This document shows, one piece after another, positions 49,528 to 59,329 of a stretch of 64,000 nucleotides of DNA. The stretch spans positions 434,001-498,000 of the forward strand of contig OZ025693.1 in assembly GCA_964019335.1 (NCBI GenBank), given 5' to 3'. The stretch's first letter is position 1, and every line of letters starts with the position of its first letter. The DNA is from Diplonema japonicum (lineage: Eukaryota; Protista; Euglenozoa: Diplonemea). The translations under genes and the position numbers were made by a program. The notes under the pieces were generated by a model. The model made no database searches. It worked only from the letters and a program-made list of their open reading frames with translations, and was not told where the DNA came from.

Positions 49528-50569
49528 AATCAGCTGTGGTGTACCCCCTGTAATGGTATGAAGAAGAAGAAAAAGAAAAAAGAAGAAGAAAAAAAAAAAA
49601 AATCATTGTCCAAAAATTTGAAAAAAAAGTGTTTGCAGGTGTGTCAAAAATTGCAGAAAATTTTTGAGTCCAGTCAGTCCAGCCAATCCGGTCAGTCTGG
49701 TCAGTCTGGTAAAATGGGTACACCAGACCAGACTGGATTCACCCATCACTGCTATATCACCACAACACTGACAGCACAATATTCCATGTTGTGTCCTTAA
49801 TGTGTGCAGTGTGCAGCTCAACACCAGAGCATCTGCAATACATTCCTCCACTACCAAAAGTTGTACAAGAAGATGAATCCCTCTAGCAGGGCATCTGGTA
49901 AGTGGGTGAGTTTGCAGAGCCTGGGAGCCATTGATCCCAGTGCATTCCTGTTTCTCCTTCTTACTCAGCACTCTCCACAGGTCTTCTAGCATGATCACAG
50001 AGTTGAACATAGGGTGGTGGGTGATCTGTGACCCAAAAGTTTCCTCAAAAGAATCAAAACTCGGCTCAGGGAGGTCTTTGTATTTGTGGAAGATGTGGAA
50101 CACCCTCAAAATAGAGATTTTTTATTTTTTTGGAAAAAAAATTTTTATTCCCTCTGGTAGAGCCCTTACCAAGGCTGATTTTACTGTTTTTTTACCCAAA
50201 TCCCCCTTAATAAATTGGCCAAAAACTATGAAAAATAGGTAGATTTGACCTTTTTAACCCAATTCTGCAGTGTAAAAAATCCAGAAAATCTTTTTTGTGA
50301 CATTCTATGGGTGAAATTGACATAGGAGTAGCTAAAACCTAAAACCTAGAAAAAAAAAGGGGGGTAAAAATCACCCTTAAAAGAAGTCGATCCCTAGGGG
50401 TCCTAGCTATGGTTTCCAAATCGAATTTTTTTTTTTTTTTACTTCACCCTTTGTCACCTACCCAACCCCTTCATCTTTTTTTGGAGATGGTGTATTTTGA
50501 CTGTTTTTAGCCATCTGAGGCCATTCCAGACCTTAAAAGTGGGAATAAGTGATTTACTTCCCTTAAAAT

Positions 50570-52290
50570 GCCACACCACAACAACTCGGCTGAGGCCCTG
50601 TAATCAGGTGGGCAGTACTTGTGCAGGGTGCCACCAACACTGGGAAAAAAGCTGCCAGCACTGGCCTCCTTTATCTCCGATATATTATTTTCAGGTGGTG
50701 GGAATAACAAAAAAAAAATATAAGAAGTATATCAGATGTGTTGTTTGCTGTTGACCTCCACATCTGTCATCACCAGTATGTGCACCAGCGTTGGGCCAGA
50801 CTGGTCTGGAACCTGGTAGAAAAAACGACCGGTCTGAGGGGTCTGGCCAGTCCACCCCACAAACCACCCAAACACCGCGAATTTTCGAGGTGGTGTGTTG
50901 TGACATATTTTACACCATGTATGGCATACCTGATGTTGCACACAATGTATGCAACACAGGGTGCACAACACGGCACGTGTTTTATAACATGTACCACTAT
51001 GCTGCACAGGGAAAAGCGGGCATCACAACGTGCACCCTCTGGCGCACAATAATAATGATAAAAAAAACCTCTAAAAATTATTTTCAGGTGGTGGGGATAA
51101 CATGGAAATAAGAAGTACATCAGATGTGTTGTTCGCTGTTGATCTCCTTGTCAGTCATCGCCTGTAGTGCCCAAGTGGGAGAACATAACGCAGATACTCA
51201 GGGTAATGAACTGGCAGCATGGGGTTGAGCTGTACACCACACACATTAAGGACACAACACGGAACGCAGAAGAAGCTACAACCCGGCCGCAGTGATTAAG
51301 GAAATGATGCAGAATGCAAGAAGCTACAACCCGGCTGTGGTGATTAAGGACACGACACGGAATGCAGAAGAAGCAACAACTCGGCTGCGGTGATTAAGGA
51401 CGTGACGCAGAACGCAGAAGAAGTTACAACCCGGCTATGGTGATTAAGGAAATGACACGGAATGCAGAAGAAGCTACAACCCGGCTGTGGTGCACCCCCT
51501 GTAATCAAGTAGACAGTTCGTGTGCAGAGCGCCACCAACACCAGCCTCCTTTAACTCTTATAGGTGGTGGGGATAACATGGAAATATAAGAAGTACATCA
51601 GATGTGTTGTTCGCTGTTGACCTCCTCGTCAGTCATCACCAGTAGTGCCCAAGTGGGAGAACATAATGCAGATGCTCAGGGTGATGAATTGGCAGCAAAC
51701 TGCATGAGCGCAGAATGTTGGTTACCCCAGATTGCTCCGGCTGGGGTTAAGCTGCACACTGCACACATTAAGGACACAATGCAGAACACAGAAGAAGCTA
51801 CAACTTGGCTGTAGTCCCCCCCTGTATGAAGTAAACAGTTCTTGTGTGGGCTGCAGTGCCCCCCCCTGTATGAAGTAAACAGTTCTTGTGTGGGTGCCAC
51901 CAACACGACAAACAGGCATTTTCCTCCATCCACTTGGCTGGTCATCACCTGTAGCACCCTGAGTGGAAGAACAAATTGCAGATGCTCAGGGTGAGTAAAC
52001 TACTTAGGGCACCAGCAGTTCCGCCAAGTTCCGGTTCCGCCGTTCTGCCAAGTTCCGACTTTTCAGTTTGGCGGAAGGGAACGGAACGACCCACCCCTGC
52101 CCAGAGCACTGGCTAGGGTTGAGCTGCACACTGCATGCATTAAGGACACAACGTGGAACGCAAACGCGGCCGAGGTGCACCCTGTCACTGGTCTCCTTTA
52201 CCTCTTTTATTATTGGGTGGTGGGGATAACACAGAAATATGGAAATATAAAGAAGTACATCAGATGTGTTGTTCGCTGTTGACCTCCACG
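50570..52290 (+). repeat. Cluster of head-to-tail partial R1 copies with 50-bp unit array
   Basis: GGTGGTGGGGATAAC...CATCAGATGTGTTGTT restarts near 50695, 51086, 51562 and 52216; unit array at ~51245-51495; 50890-51050 is an inverted copy of 46410-46570. Confidence 0.8.
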
Positions 52291-52679
52291 TGAGGAGGTC
52301 TCATCGCCAGTGAGAATGTCCCCTTGGGCACTCCTGAACTCGTCTGAATCAGTACTGCTCATATTCACTTTTGTGCTTGCATTAATCTAGGGGCCAAGTG
52401 ATTTCGGCGCGAAAAGAATCGCGGAACTATGTTATTCTGTGCAAGGGCATGGGTGTATGGTGGACTTAAAATGCCTGCAAAAAATTTAATTTTTTGATTG
52501 CTAGATATCTAGTGTATCGTCCTTTGATCATTTGTTGACATTCTTTTCCCGGACGGACTCATATGCTTATCCCTCTTGATGATCATCCAGGCTTGAATCT
52601 GTTCATCCCCTCTTATTCGTATTTTCATCATGTTTGTTCTATTATGTTTCAACCTACTACCTTCCACAGGTCCAACACA

Positions 52680-55544
52680 ATGAGTTCAAGAGGCAGGGGG
52701 CGTGGGATCAACGTCGAGATGCTGGCAAAGTTAGGAGTTAAAACAAATCCTTCTAAACCTAGTGGGAGAGGGACAGCAAGTGCTGCTATGCCACCTGCAA
52801 CAAAGATACCTTCTGCTGCAATACGCTCACAGTCTCAGGGGCACAAGCTCGTGAAGGAATTTGCACAGAAGTTACATGACTCTGATGAAAACACGGTGAC
52901 ACTGCATCGAATGCCTCAAGAGCACCTGGGCACACAATTCGGTGATGATCTTCGTCTGGAGCAACTGTCAGTGGGGGACAGTCCTGCAAACAGGGCGGGG
53001 CTTGGCAGGTTCATCAACAGACGCTTGACGCACATCAACGATGTAGCTGTGTCTTCGCCTTCCGACGTTCTGGTCGCTGCCCAGAATGCGGCTACTATGG
53101 CACTTAGATTCGAGGCTCAAAGATCAGCATCGCGCACAGACTCGAACTCTAGGGGTCCCAGCCCTGCACTTACACCCGCAACAATTGCAGCTGCACTAAA
53201 GGTGAATCAAGCACCTAAAACAATAGAACTTGTTCACGACGATAAGGTTGCAAAGGTCAGGCTGTCGAGCGACCCTGCGACCGACATCCAAAAACAAGTA
53301 GAAGCCTTCAATATTGAAAACCCTTTCCACGTGGTAGATGAGTTCGGAAGAGAGGTTAAGCCAACTGAGCTGCATAACGGGCGGCAGTACACACTTAAAG
53401 TCACCACACCCCCAACTGAGAATCTGCTGCCTCTCCCCGACCCCGACTCCGCTTCCCCTGGGTCACCCGGCTCAAGGAGGAGCCGTCTAAGCGAAATGCT
53501 TGAAAAGATTTCCCCCCTTGAAGAGGAGCAGGTTCCCACACCAGGTTCGCCTGAGACGGAACCGGTGCAGCAGCCGACCGAGCCTGCTATTATGACAGAT
53601 CCTATTATGACAGATCCTTTAATGTCCGAACCAAACACGCCGAAAGCAAAGCCGATCAAAAAAGAAGTCGAATCGGACGAGGAGAAGCCTAGAGCAGAGG
53701 TACCGGAGATACCTGCAGATGCAAGCGACCAAGGGTCATCTCGAGGGCATGTCATGCCCTCTGGCGATGCTGACGATGCTGAGGATGCTGACACCCCCAG
53801 AGTCATGGCTGCATCTGCAGCAGGACCCCTTGTACATTACCCAGACAGCCCCCATTCGGTTCCTGAGGATCAATTTAGTGCTTCGTTGAAAAGCAACAAG
53901 CAAGACCCCATTGCTATCAGCAATGAGGGTAGTGAAGAACATTTAAAGAACAGTCTTTTGCACAGCGACCCTGGTGATGGCGCAGGCCATGATTACGTGC
54001 AGGAGCGCAGCACCTCAGCCGGTGCTAGCAGTCCTGAGCATGCTCAAGCCGTGCAGTTTAGTGATGTCTCGGGTTCCGAAGAAGAGCCACTGCCAACAAG
54101 TGCGCCGGTGATGAGAAGAAAGAAGGTCGTGCCTACCAAGCAAGTGCCTACAGTGTTGGAGCCCGAACCCGAACCCTTGCGTATCGTTCCCACAAAGCGC
54201 CCGTCAACACCAGTGATGAGCGACACAGAGCTGTGGAAAGAGTTCAACACAAGACTCTCGCAGAAGGGCTTGATTTGTGACGGGCTTACTACAGACGAAC
54301 AGAGGGCTCTTTGTGAAGTGAACCTCGGCTTCTCAGAACAAGAAGCATCAAGACTGCTGCTTCTCATCCACGACATGAACGGCAAGACCGCGCAGGAGCC
54401 TGCGGGCATTGTCTCCCCTTCCTCCTTGTCTATAGCGTTTGGTGAAGTGAATGGCAGGCGCGACCTAGTGGATCCTAGCACCGCACTTTATGCACAAGTG
54501 GAGTCTGTTGTGAACTCATCGCTCATCTGCAGCAGTGACTCGAGCGTGCAAGTGTTCAGAGTGAGGCAGCTCATTCCGGGTGCGCGTATATGCGGGCAGT
54601 ACAATGCCGCAAAGCAGTCTTTGAGACCGGAACTACGACAAAAAAAAGTTCTCTATTATGCAGGCCCGCAGATGCCCACGCTGACGGAGATTACCAACGA
54701 AGCATTGTTTGGTGAGTTGCGGCGGAATGGATGTCTTGTCTTCTCCACGGAGGCATGCATCCCGCACTCTTCATCATCATCGACGACGAAAATGAAGCTG
54801 CTGCTCTGCGAACTGGTGATGGGAAACATTGGCACTCCATCGCAGCCCACGCATGTAGGTAAGACAGGTCCCATTGCTGATTTCAATGGTGCAAGGAAAC
54901 TGCTTTTGCAAGAACAGAGGAAAGCCGTCACCGAAGGCATGTCCCCACCCGACACGCTCGCCATCGACTACCCATACTTGTCAGAAGCGTCGGAAGAGGG
55001 GCAGGTTGCTACGCAGTACGTTACTACAGATGCCGCAAGGGTCCTCCCTCGATTTGTCGTCTATCTCGAGGTGAAGTCCACAAGGGCAGGGGTGCACAGG
55101 GATGTGAGACCATCTATGGGCAAACAGGTACGAGGCGTTTCGAAGACCAAGAAGCATAACCAACTTTATGTCGAGAAGAGGCTGCAAGAAGCACTTACAA
55201 TGAAACACTACTATCAACAAGAAAAGGAAAGCAAAACAGATGTGAAGGGAGAGACAACGGAATTGATACTGCGAGAGTTCCGTGACCTTCAAGCAAAACT
55301 TAATAAAAAGAGAGATGAGCTGCTGGCAGCAGTTGACGACGTCACGTCCTCTGCGCAGGTGTGCAGAAGGGAGAATATTGACATGTTGGATGGCTATATC
55401 AACAGCTTGCAGGTGCTGAAGGCATCGCCTAGTTCGCGACCACCCACTGCTCCGCGGCTACATGAAACACCTTCACGCATAACCCTCGACACCGCACCTT
55501 TGGCTTCTGCTATCACCCAGCTCACCATCCAGCAGCAGCCTTAG
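52680..55544 (+). CDS. Multidomain protein: PDZ-like domain, low-complexity linker, degenerate PARP/ART-like domain, C-terminal coiled coil
   Basis: ATG 52680 after a CCTTCCACAG acceptor; PDZ-like LGTQF...SPANRAGL...LTHINDVAV; ART-like KVLYYAG...GCLVFS...KLLLCELVMG...QYV...RVLPRFVV. Confidence 0.75.
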   Translation: MSSRGRGRGINVEMLAKLGVKTNPSKPSGRGTASAAMPPATKIPSAAIRSQSQGHKLVKEFAQKLHDSDENTVTLHRMPQEHLGTQFGDDLRLEQLSVGDSPANRAGLGRFINRRLTHINDVAVSSPSDVLVAAQNAATMALRFEAQRSASRTDSNSRGPSPALTPATIAAALKVNQAPKTIELVHDDKVAKVRLSSDPATDIQKQVEAFNIENPFHVVDEFGREVKPTELHNGRQYTLKVTTPPTENLLPLPDPDSASPGSPGSRRSRLSEMLEKISPLEEEQVPTPGSPETEPVQQPTEPAIMTDPIMTDPLMSEPNTPKAKPIKKEVESDEEKPRAEVPEIPADASDQGSSRGHVMPSGDADDAEDADTPRVMAASAAGPLVHYPDSPHSVPEDQFSASLKSNKQDPIAISNEGSEEHLKNSLLHSDPGDGAGHDYVQERSTSAGASSPEHAQAVQFSDVSGSEEEPLPTSAPVMRRKKVVPTKQVPTVLEPEPEPLRIVPTKRPSTPVMSDTELWKEFNTRLSQKGLICDGLTTDEQRALCEVNLGFSEQEASRLLLLIHDMNGKTAQEPAGIVSPSSLSIAFGEVNGRRDLVDPSTALYAQVESVVNSSLICSSDSSVQVFRVRQLIPGARICGQYNAAKQSLRPELRQKKVLYYAGPQMPTLTEITNEALFGELRRNGCLVFSTEACIPHSSSSSTTKMKLLLCELVMGNIGTPSQPTHVGKTGPIADFNGARKLLLQEQRKAVTEGMSPPDTLAIDYPYLSEASEEGQVATQYVTTDAARVLPRFVVYLEVKSTRAGVHRDVRPSMGKQVRGVSKTKKHNQLYVEKRLQEALTMKHYYQQEKESKTDVKGETTELILREFRDLQAKLNKKRDELLAAVDDVTSSAQVCRRENIDMLDGYINSLQVLKASPSSRPPTAPRLHETPSRITLDTAPLASAITQLTIQQQP

Positions 55545-55655
55545 CGCCGCGAACTGGCCTCGTTAGATAGAACATTAGAACCTTACTTGTATATTAGTCA
55601 TCGTATTTATATATTCGTGCCCAACATAGTCATCACAGGTACAGTACGCTGAAAT

Positions 55656-56747
55656 ATGTGGAACTATGAAGTCGATGTGCCCCTAGAAGTGGGTGTCAAG
55701 TCACGGGTCCCACACCCACCTTCTCACCATGAAAGCTACAGACCACACTCTGCTCTATTCTTAAGGGACTACGGCGCAAGTATGGCAGACGACATGCCCA
55801 GACGCCCACTCTCCGCCTGCGATACTATCCCGAACACATTTCCTTATAATTTGCCAGCATACCCACCTTCGAAGACTGACGGGCAGCAGGCGAAGAAGCA
55901 GAATGAAATACGAGATTTGCGAACAGCAAGGAGAACAACTGACTTTATCGTTCCCCTGAACACCGAGTCTCTGGCCTCAATTAGAGCATCTGCTTACCGG
56001 AAACAAGAGGGGAAATTAGTTACGAGACAGGCAGCCCGCAAGGCGTGGGACAATGACCTGTTGCACCAAATGAAAGTGCTCAGCATGGGCACAAAATACT
56101 TCGTCAACAGAGCAGATCATCGCAAAAAGAACCAGCAGGAGCAAAAGATGTTGCAGCTTCGAACTAGTCAACAACATGCAGCGAAACTGATTCAAAAAGT
56201 GTGGAGGGCGAAGAAGAGTAAGAAAGAGCTGTTCAGGCGGGCATTGTTGAGGGACGCAGGGCTCTTAAGCCTTCAAGATCAGGAGAGGCTTTCGAGAACG
56301 ATCATCACTTCCGATGAGCAAGAGGGACATGCCGACCTCAAAGAACACTCGAAAATAAAACGGAGTCTGACCCTCAATGAGCTGCGTTCCATTGTACAGG
56401 ACTATAGGTCGCGCCTTATTAAAATGACAGAAGGGGAGGGCGGGGCGTATAATGCTGATCAGCTGATAGCATGGGTCCTCAACGAAGGCCACCGCTTTGA
56501 GAGTGGCATTATTACGGCCTTAGGAAAAGGAACAAAACTGACTCTAGAACCTAGGGAATTCGAAGAGGAGCGGAACCCGACACCAAAGGCACATATGGCG
56601 TCTGTTACACAGGGCTCAAGGGAGCTTGCACGCCTTCAAGCAGAGAGGCAAGGTGCGAAACAGCGTGAGAAAGACGCTTCTGAACGGGTGCAAGCACTTG
56701 AGCTGTTGCTGGCACGAATTCAGTCAGCAGGATCATGTCACTTATAA
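55656..56747 (+). CDS. IQ-motif coiled-coil protein
   Basis: AAKLIQKVWRAKKSKK (IQ motif); ATG follows a CATCACAG acceptor. Confidence 0.75.
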   Translation: MWNYEVDVPLEVGVKSRVPHPPSHHESYRPHSALFLRDYGASMADDMPRRPLSACDTIPNTFPYNLPAYPPSKTDGQQAKKQNEIRDLRTARRTTDFIVPLNTESLASIRASAYRKQEGKLVTRQAARKAWDNDLLHQMKVLSMGTKYFVNRADHRKKNQQEQKMLQLRTSQQHAAKLIQKVWRAKKSKKELFRRALLRDAGLLSLQDQERLSRTIITSDEQEGHADLKEHSKIKRSLTLNELRSIVQDYRSRLIKMTEGEGGAYNADQLIAWVLNEGHRFESGIITALGKGTKLTLEPREFEEERNPTPKAHMASVTQGSRELARLQAERQGAKQREKDASERVQALELLLARIQSAGSCHL

Positions 56748-56858
56748 CGCCTTTACAGGCGTTCTCATGTAGGACACACCCCCTCCCTCTCCCTCCCTTT
56801 ACTTGTAGATCTTTCATATCAGCATTGTGTCGCCGGAACATTCAACAGAATTTTTAAC

Positions 56859-58775
56859 ATGACCGACAAAGAGGCAGTCTCGAAGGCAGAGGACGTGCAG
56901 AAGAGGAGTTTCACAAAGTGGGTGAACGTCCAATTGAAGAAGGGTGACCATGATGAAGAAGTCACTGACCTTGCCGAAGATCTCAAGACGGGGATTGTAC
57001 TCTTGAAAGTGCTTGCCAGTACTACAGGCCAGAATCTCCCGCCTTATAACAAAGTGTGCAAGAGCGAGATCCAGAGAGTCAGCAATCAGAGCATCGTCAT
57101 CGACTTCTTTCAGAGTGCGAAGATCAAACTTATTGGGATCGGCCCGCAGGACCTGGCTGATGGTAACATGAGGGCTATGCTTGCGGCTATGTGGGCCATC
57201 ATTTACGCTCAGCAGATCGGTGCCATCAAGGGTGAAGCCAGCGGGAAGGCAGGGCTGCTGTTGTGGGTGAAGCGTGCTGTGGGGTCTTACGATTTGCAGG
57301 TCACGGACTTCAAGAAGTCGTGGTCGTCAGGCCTTGTGCTCACCGCACTTATTCACAAATACAAGCCAAACGCCCTCTCATTCACTGAGGCTGCTGACCT
57401 CAGCCCCGGAGAACGGGTGCAGAAGTGTATCGACGTGGCGCAGAAGGACCTCGGAATTGAACCCCTCATCGACGCTTCGGATATGGAGCACGCCATCGAT
57501 GAGAAGGCCATTATGACTTACATCAGTGAGTTCTTTGCCCTCTTCAGCAAGGTGCAGGACAAGGAGGTGGCACAGAGGCGTGTTGTGAAGTTCTTCGAGA
57601 CGCAGAGGACCATCGAGAACTTCCAGGTCGACTACGAGACGAAGACGTCTGATGTGCTGGAGTTTATTCTTGAAGCGAAGTCCCAGATGGAAGGCGAACC
57701 AGAAGGGTTGGTGGAGTCCAGGAAGTTCTTGGACAAAGTGAATGAATTCAGATCAGGGCCCTTGGCTGAGAAAAGGGTTGTGAAGGAGAGCCTTGAAGGA
57801 ATCCTCTCCAATCTGCAGACCACACTGTCTTGCCACCAAAGGGCAAGCTACACCCCTAGTGATGACCAGACGCTTGACAATGTCGAAACACAGTGGAGCG
57901 CTTTGGAAGAGGCGGCCAACAAGCACCTCTCAAAGACACGTGACGCCTACGTCAAGGCTAAACAAGACGTGACTGCCAAGTACTTGGAAGTGACGCAGGA
58001 AGGCAACACACAGATCGGTGAGCTTGCTTCAAGCTTGAGATCGCTGACCGGTGACGACCCCGCCAAACTTCTAAAGAAGGCAAAAGAGTTCAAGAAAACC
58101 GCTGAACCACTCTTAGAGATTGTGGAAAAGGCGGCAAAGCTGGGCGAAGAGTTGCAGCAGGCTAATGTGAACGTAGACGATATTGCAGGGCTTGAGGTGC
58201 GGGCAGACGACCTGGAGAGGGCGTTCGCTGACCTCACGAAGAATATCAATAAGAAATGTACATTCTTGGAGAACCAGGTTGAATCTAAAAAGGGTTCGAC
58301 TGTCAGTGCAGACAAGCTTGCGGAGATCAAGGAAACCTTCGACCACTTCGACTCCAACAACAGCGGCACGCTGACAGGCGAGGACTTCGACAATGCATTG
58401 AAGGGACTGGGCAGAAACCTGTCTGACATCGAGACAACAAAACTCTTCAAGTATGCCTAACACTATGCAGACACATTTCTCAGGAGCTCCATCAGCGGGT
58501 CGAGCATGACTTTTGATGAGTTCGTTGCTGTCATGACGAAGATGGAGGCGGACGCTGACACTCCTGAGGAGATCTTGTCTTCTATTGCTTCCCTGCAGGT
58601 ATGCCAACACACAGCATAAACTACTTTACAGGGCGAAGGGGAGGGCGGGCTCACCAAAGAAGCCCTCGTTGCATCTCTCGGAGAAGAGACCGCAGCCTAC
58701 TTCATCAACAAGCTCCCTGAGAAGGATGGGAAGTACGATTTCGCATCGTACTTGCAAAAAGTCTACAAGAAGTGA
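56859..58775 (+). CDS. Alpha-actinin-like actin crosslinker (CH1-CH2, short spectrin-like rod, EF-hands)
   Basis: VQKRSFTKWVN, DLKTGIVL, LLLWVK, DFKKSWSSGL, DEKAIMTYI; EF-hand FDHFDSNNSGTL. Introns 58451-58483 and 58599-58631 (33 nt each, GTATG..CAG) restore MTFDEFVAVM...DTPEEI...KYDFASYLQKVYKK*. Confidence 0.9.
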
Positions 58776-59329
58776 ACGGTCATACGACTCTAGCCACCTA
58801 CCGCATGATGCTAACAATATTTCTTTTAGTGTTTTGATTCTGTTAAAATAGACACCTTGGTCCACCTGCTGTTCCTCATGATAGATACCATATCTCAGCT
58901 CTCACATAGCTGCAGATGATGATGTGGCTTCGTAGATTGTAGACTGCCAGTCAGGACTTGCACCCTAGTCTCCCTTTGTTTTCCCCCGCTTCCCCGTTCC
59001 TGCATGGTGAGATGGATCTATCTGTGGACAGCTTCGGATGCCACCAACCAACGTCATGTCAAGAAGCGGAATCCCCGTGATTGATTTGCTGACAAACTCA
59101 GCTGCAGGACAACATCTTCTTCGTCTTCCACAGCTATGGGGCACGTTGTGTGGCTCTACGTAGCACGTTTAGACTTTATGGGAAGCCGCTCAACAAGGTT
59201 TATGGTTTTATCTTCATTCTTTTTTTCTTATTCCTTTTTCTTATATTTCTGCTTCCTCAATTCTTTGCCCTCCTCACCTTTGTTATCCTTGACACGGCCA
59301 CATCACCTTACAGGCGCTGATGGCGTAGG

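Larger units (their letters stand above)
44133..52679. other. Divergent strand-switch region, repeat-rich and CpG-depleted; putative bidirectional transcription start region
   Basis: All intact genes to the left are on -, those to the right on +. No credible gene inside; filled with R1 copies, 9-mer arrays and AT-rich DNA. Confidence 0.75.

Noticed and set aside
52660-56860. Idea that trans-splice acceptors are pyrimidine-rich while cis acceptors are A/C-rich
   Set aside because: Not clean: several presumed trans acceptors (CATCACAG near 55638, TTCAACAG near 56848) are also A/C-rich, and a few cis introns have T-tracts.
12544-58775. Programmed frameshifting, stop readthrough or an alternative genetic code to explain broken ORFs
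   Set aside because: The breaks examined in conserved genes are resolved exactly by GT-AG introns that restore conserved motifs.
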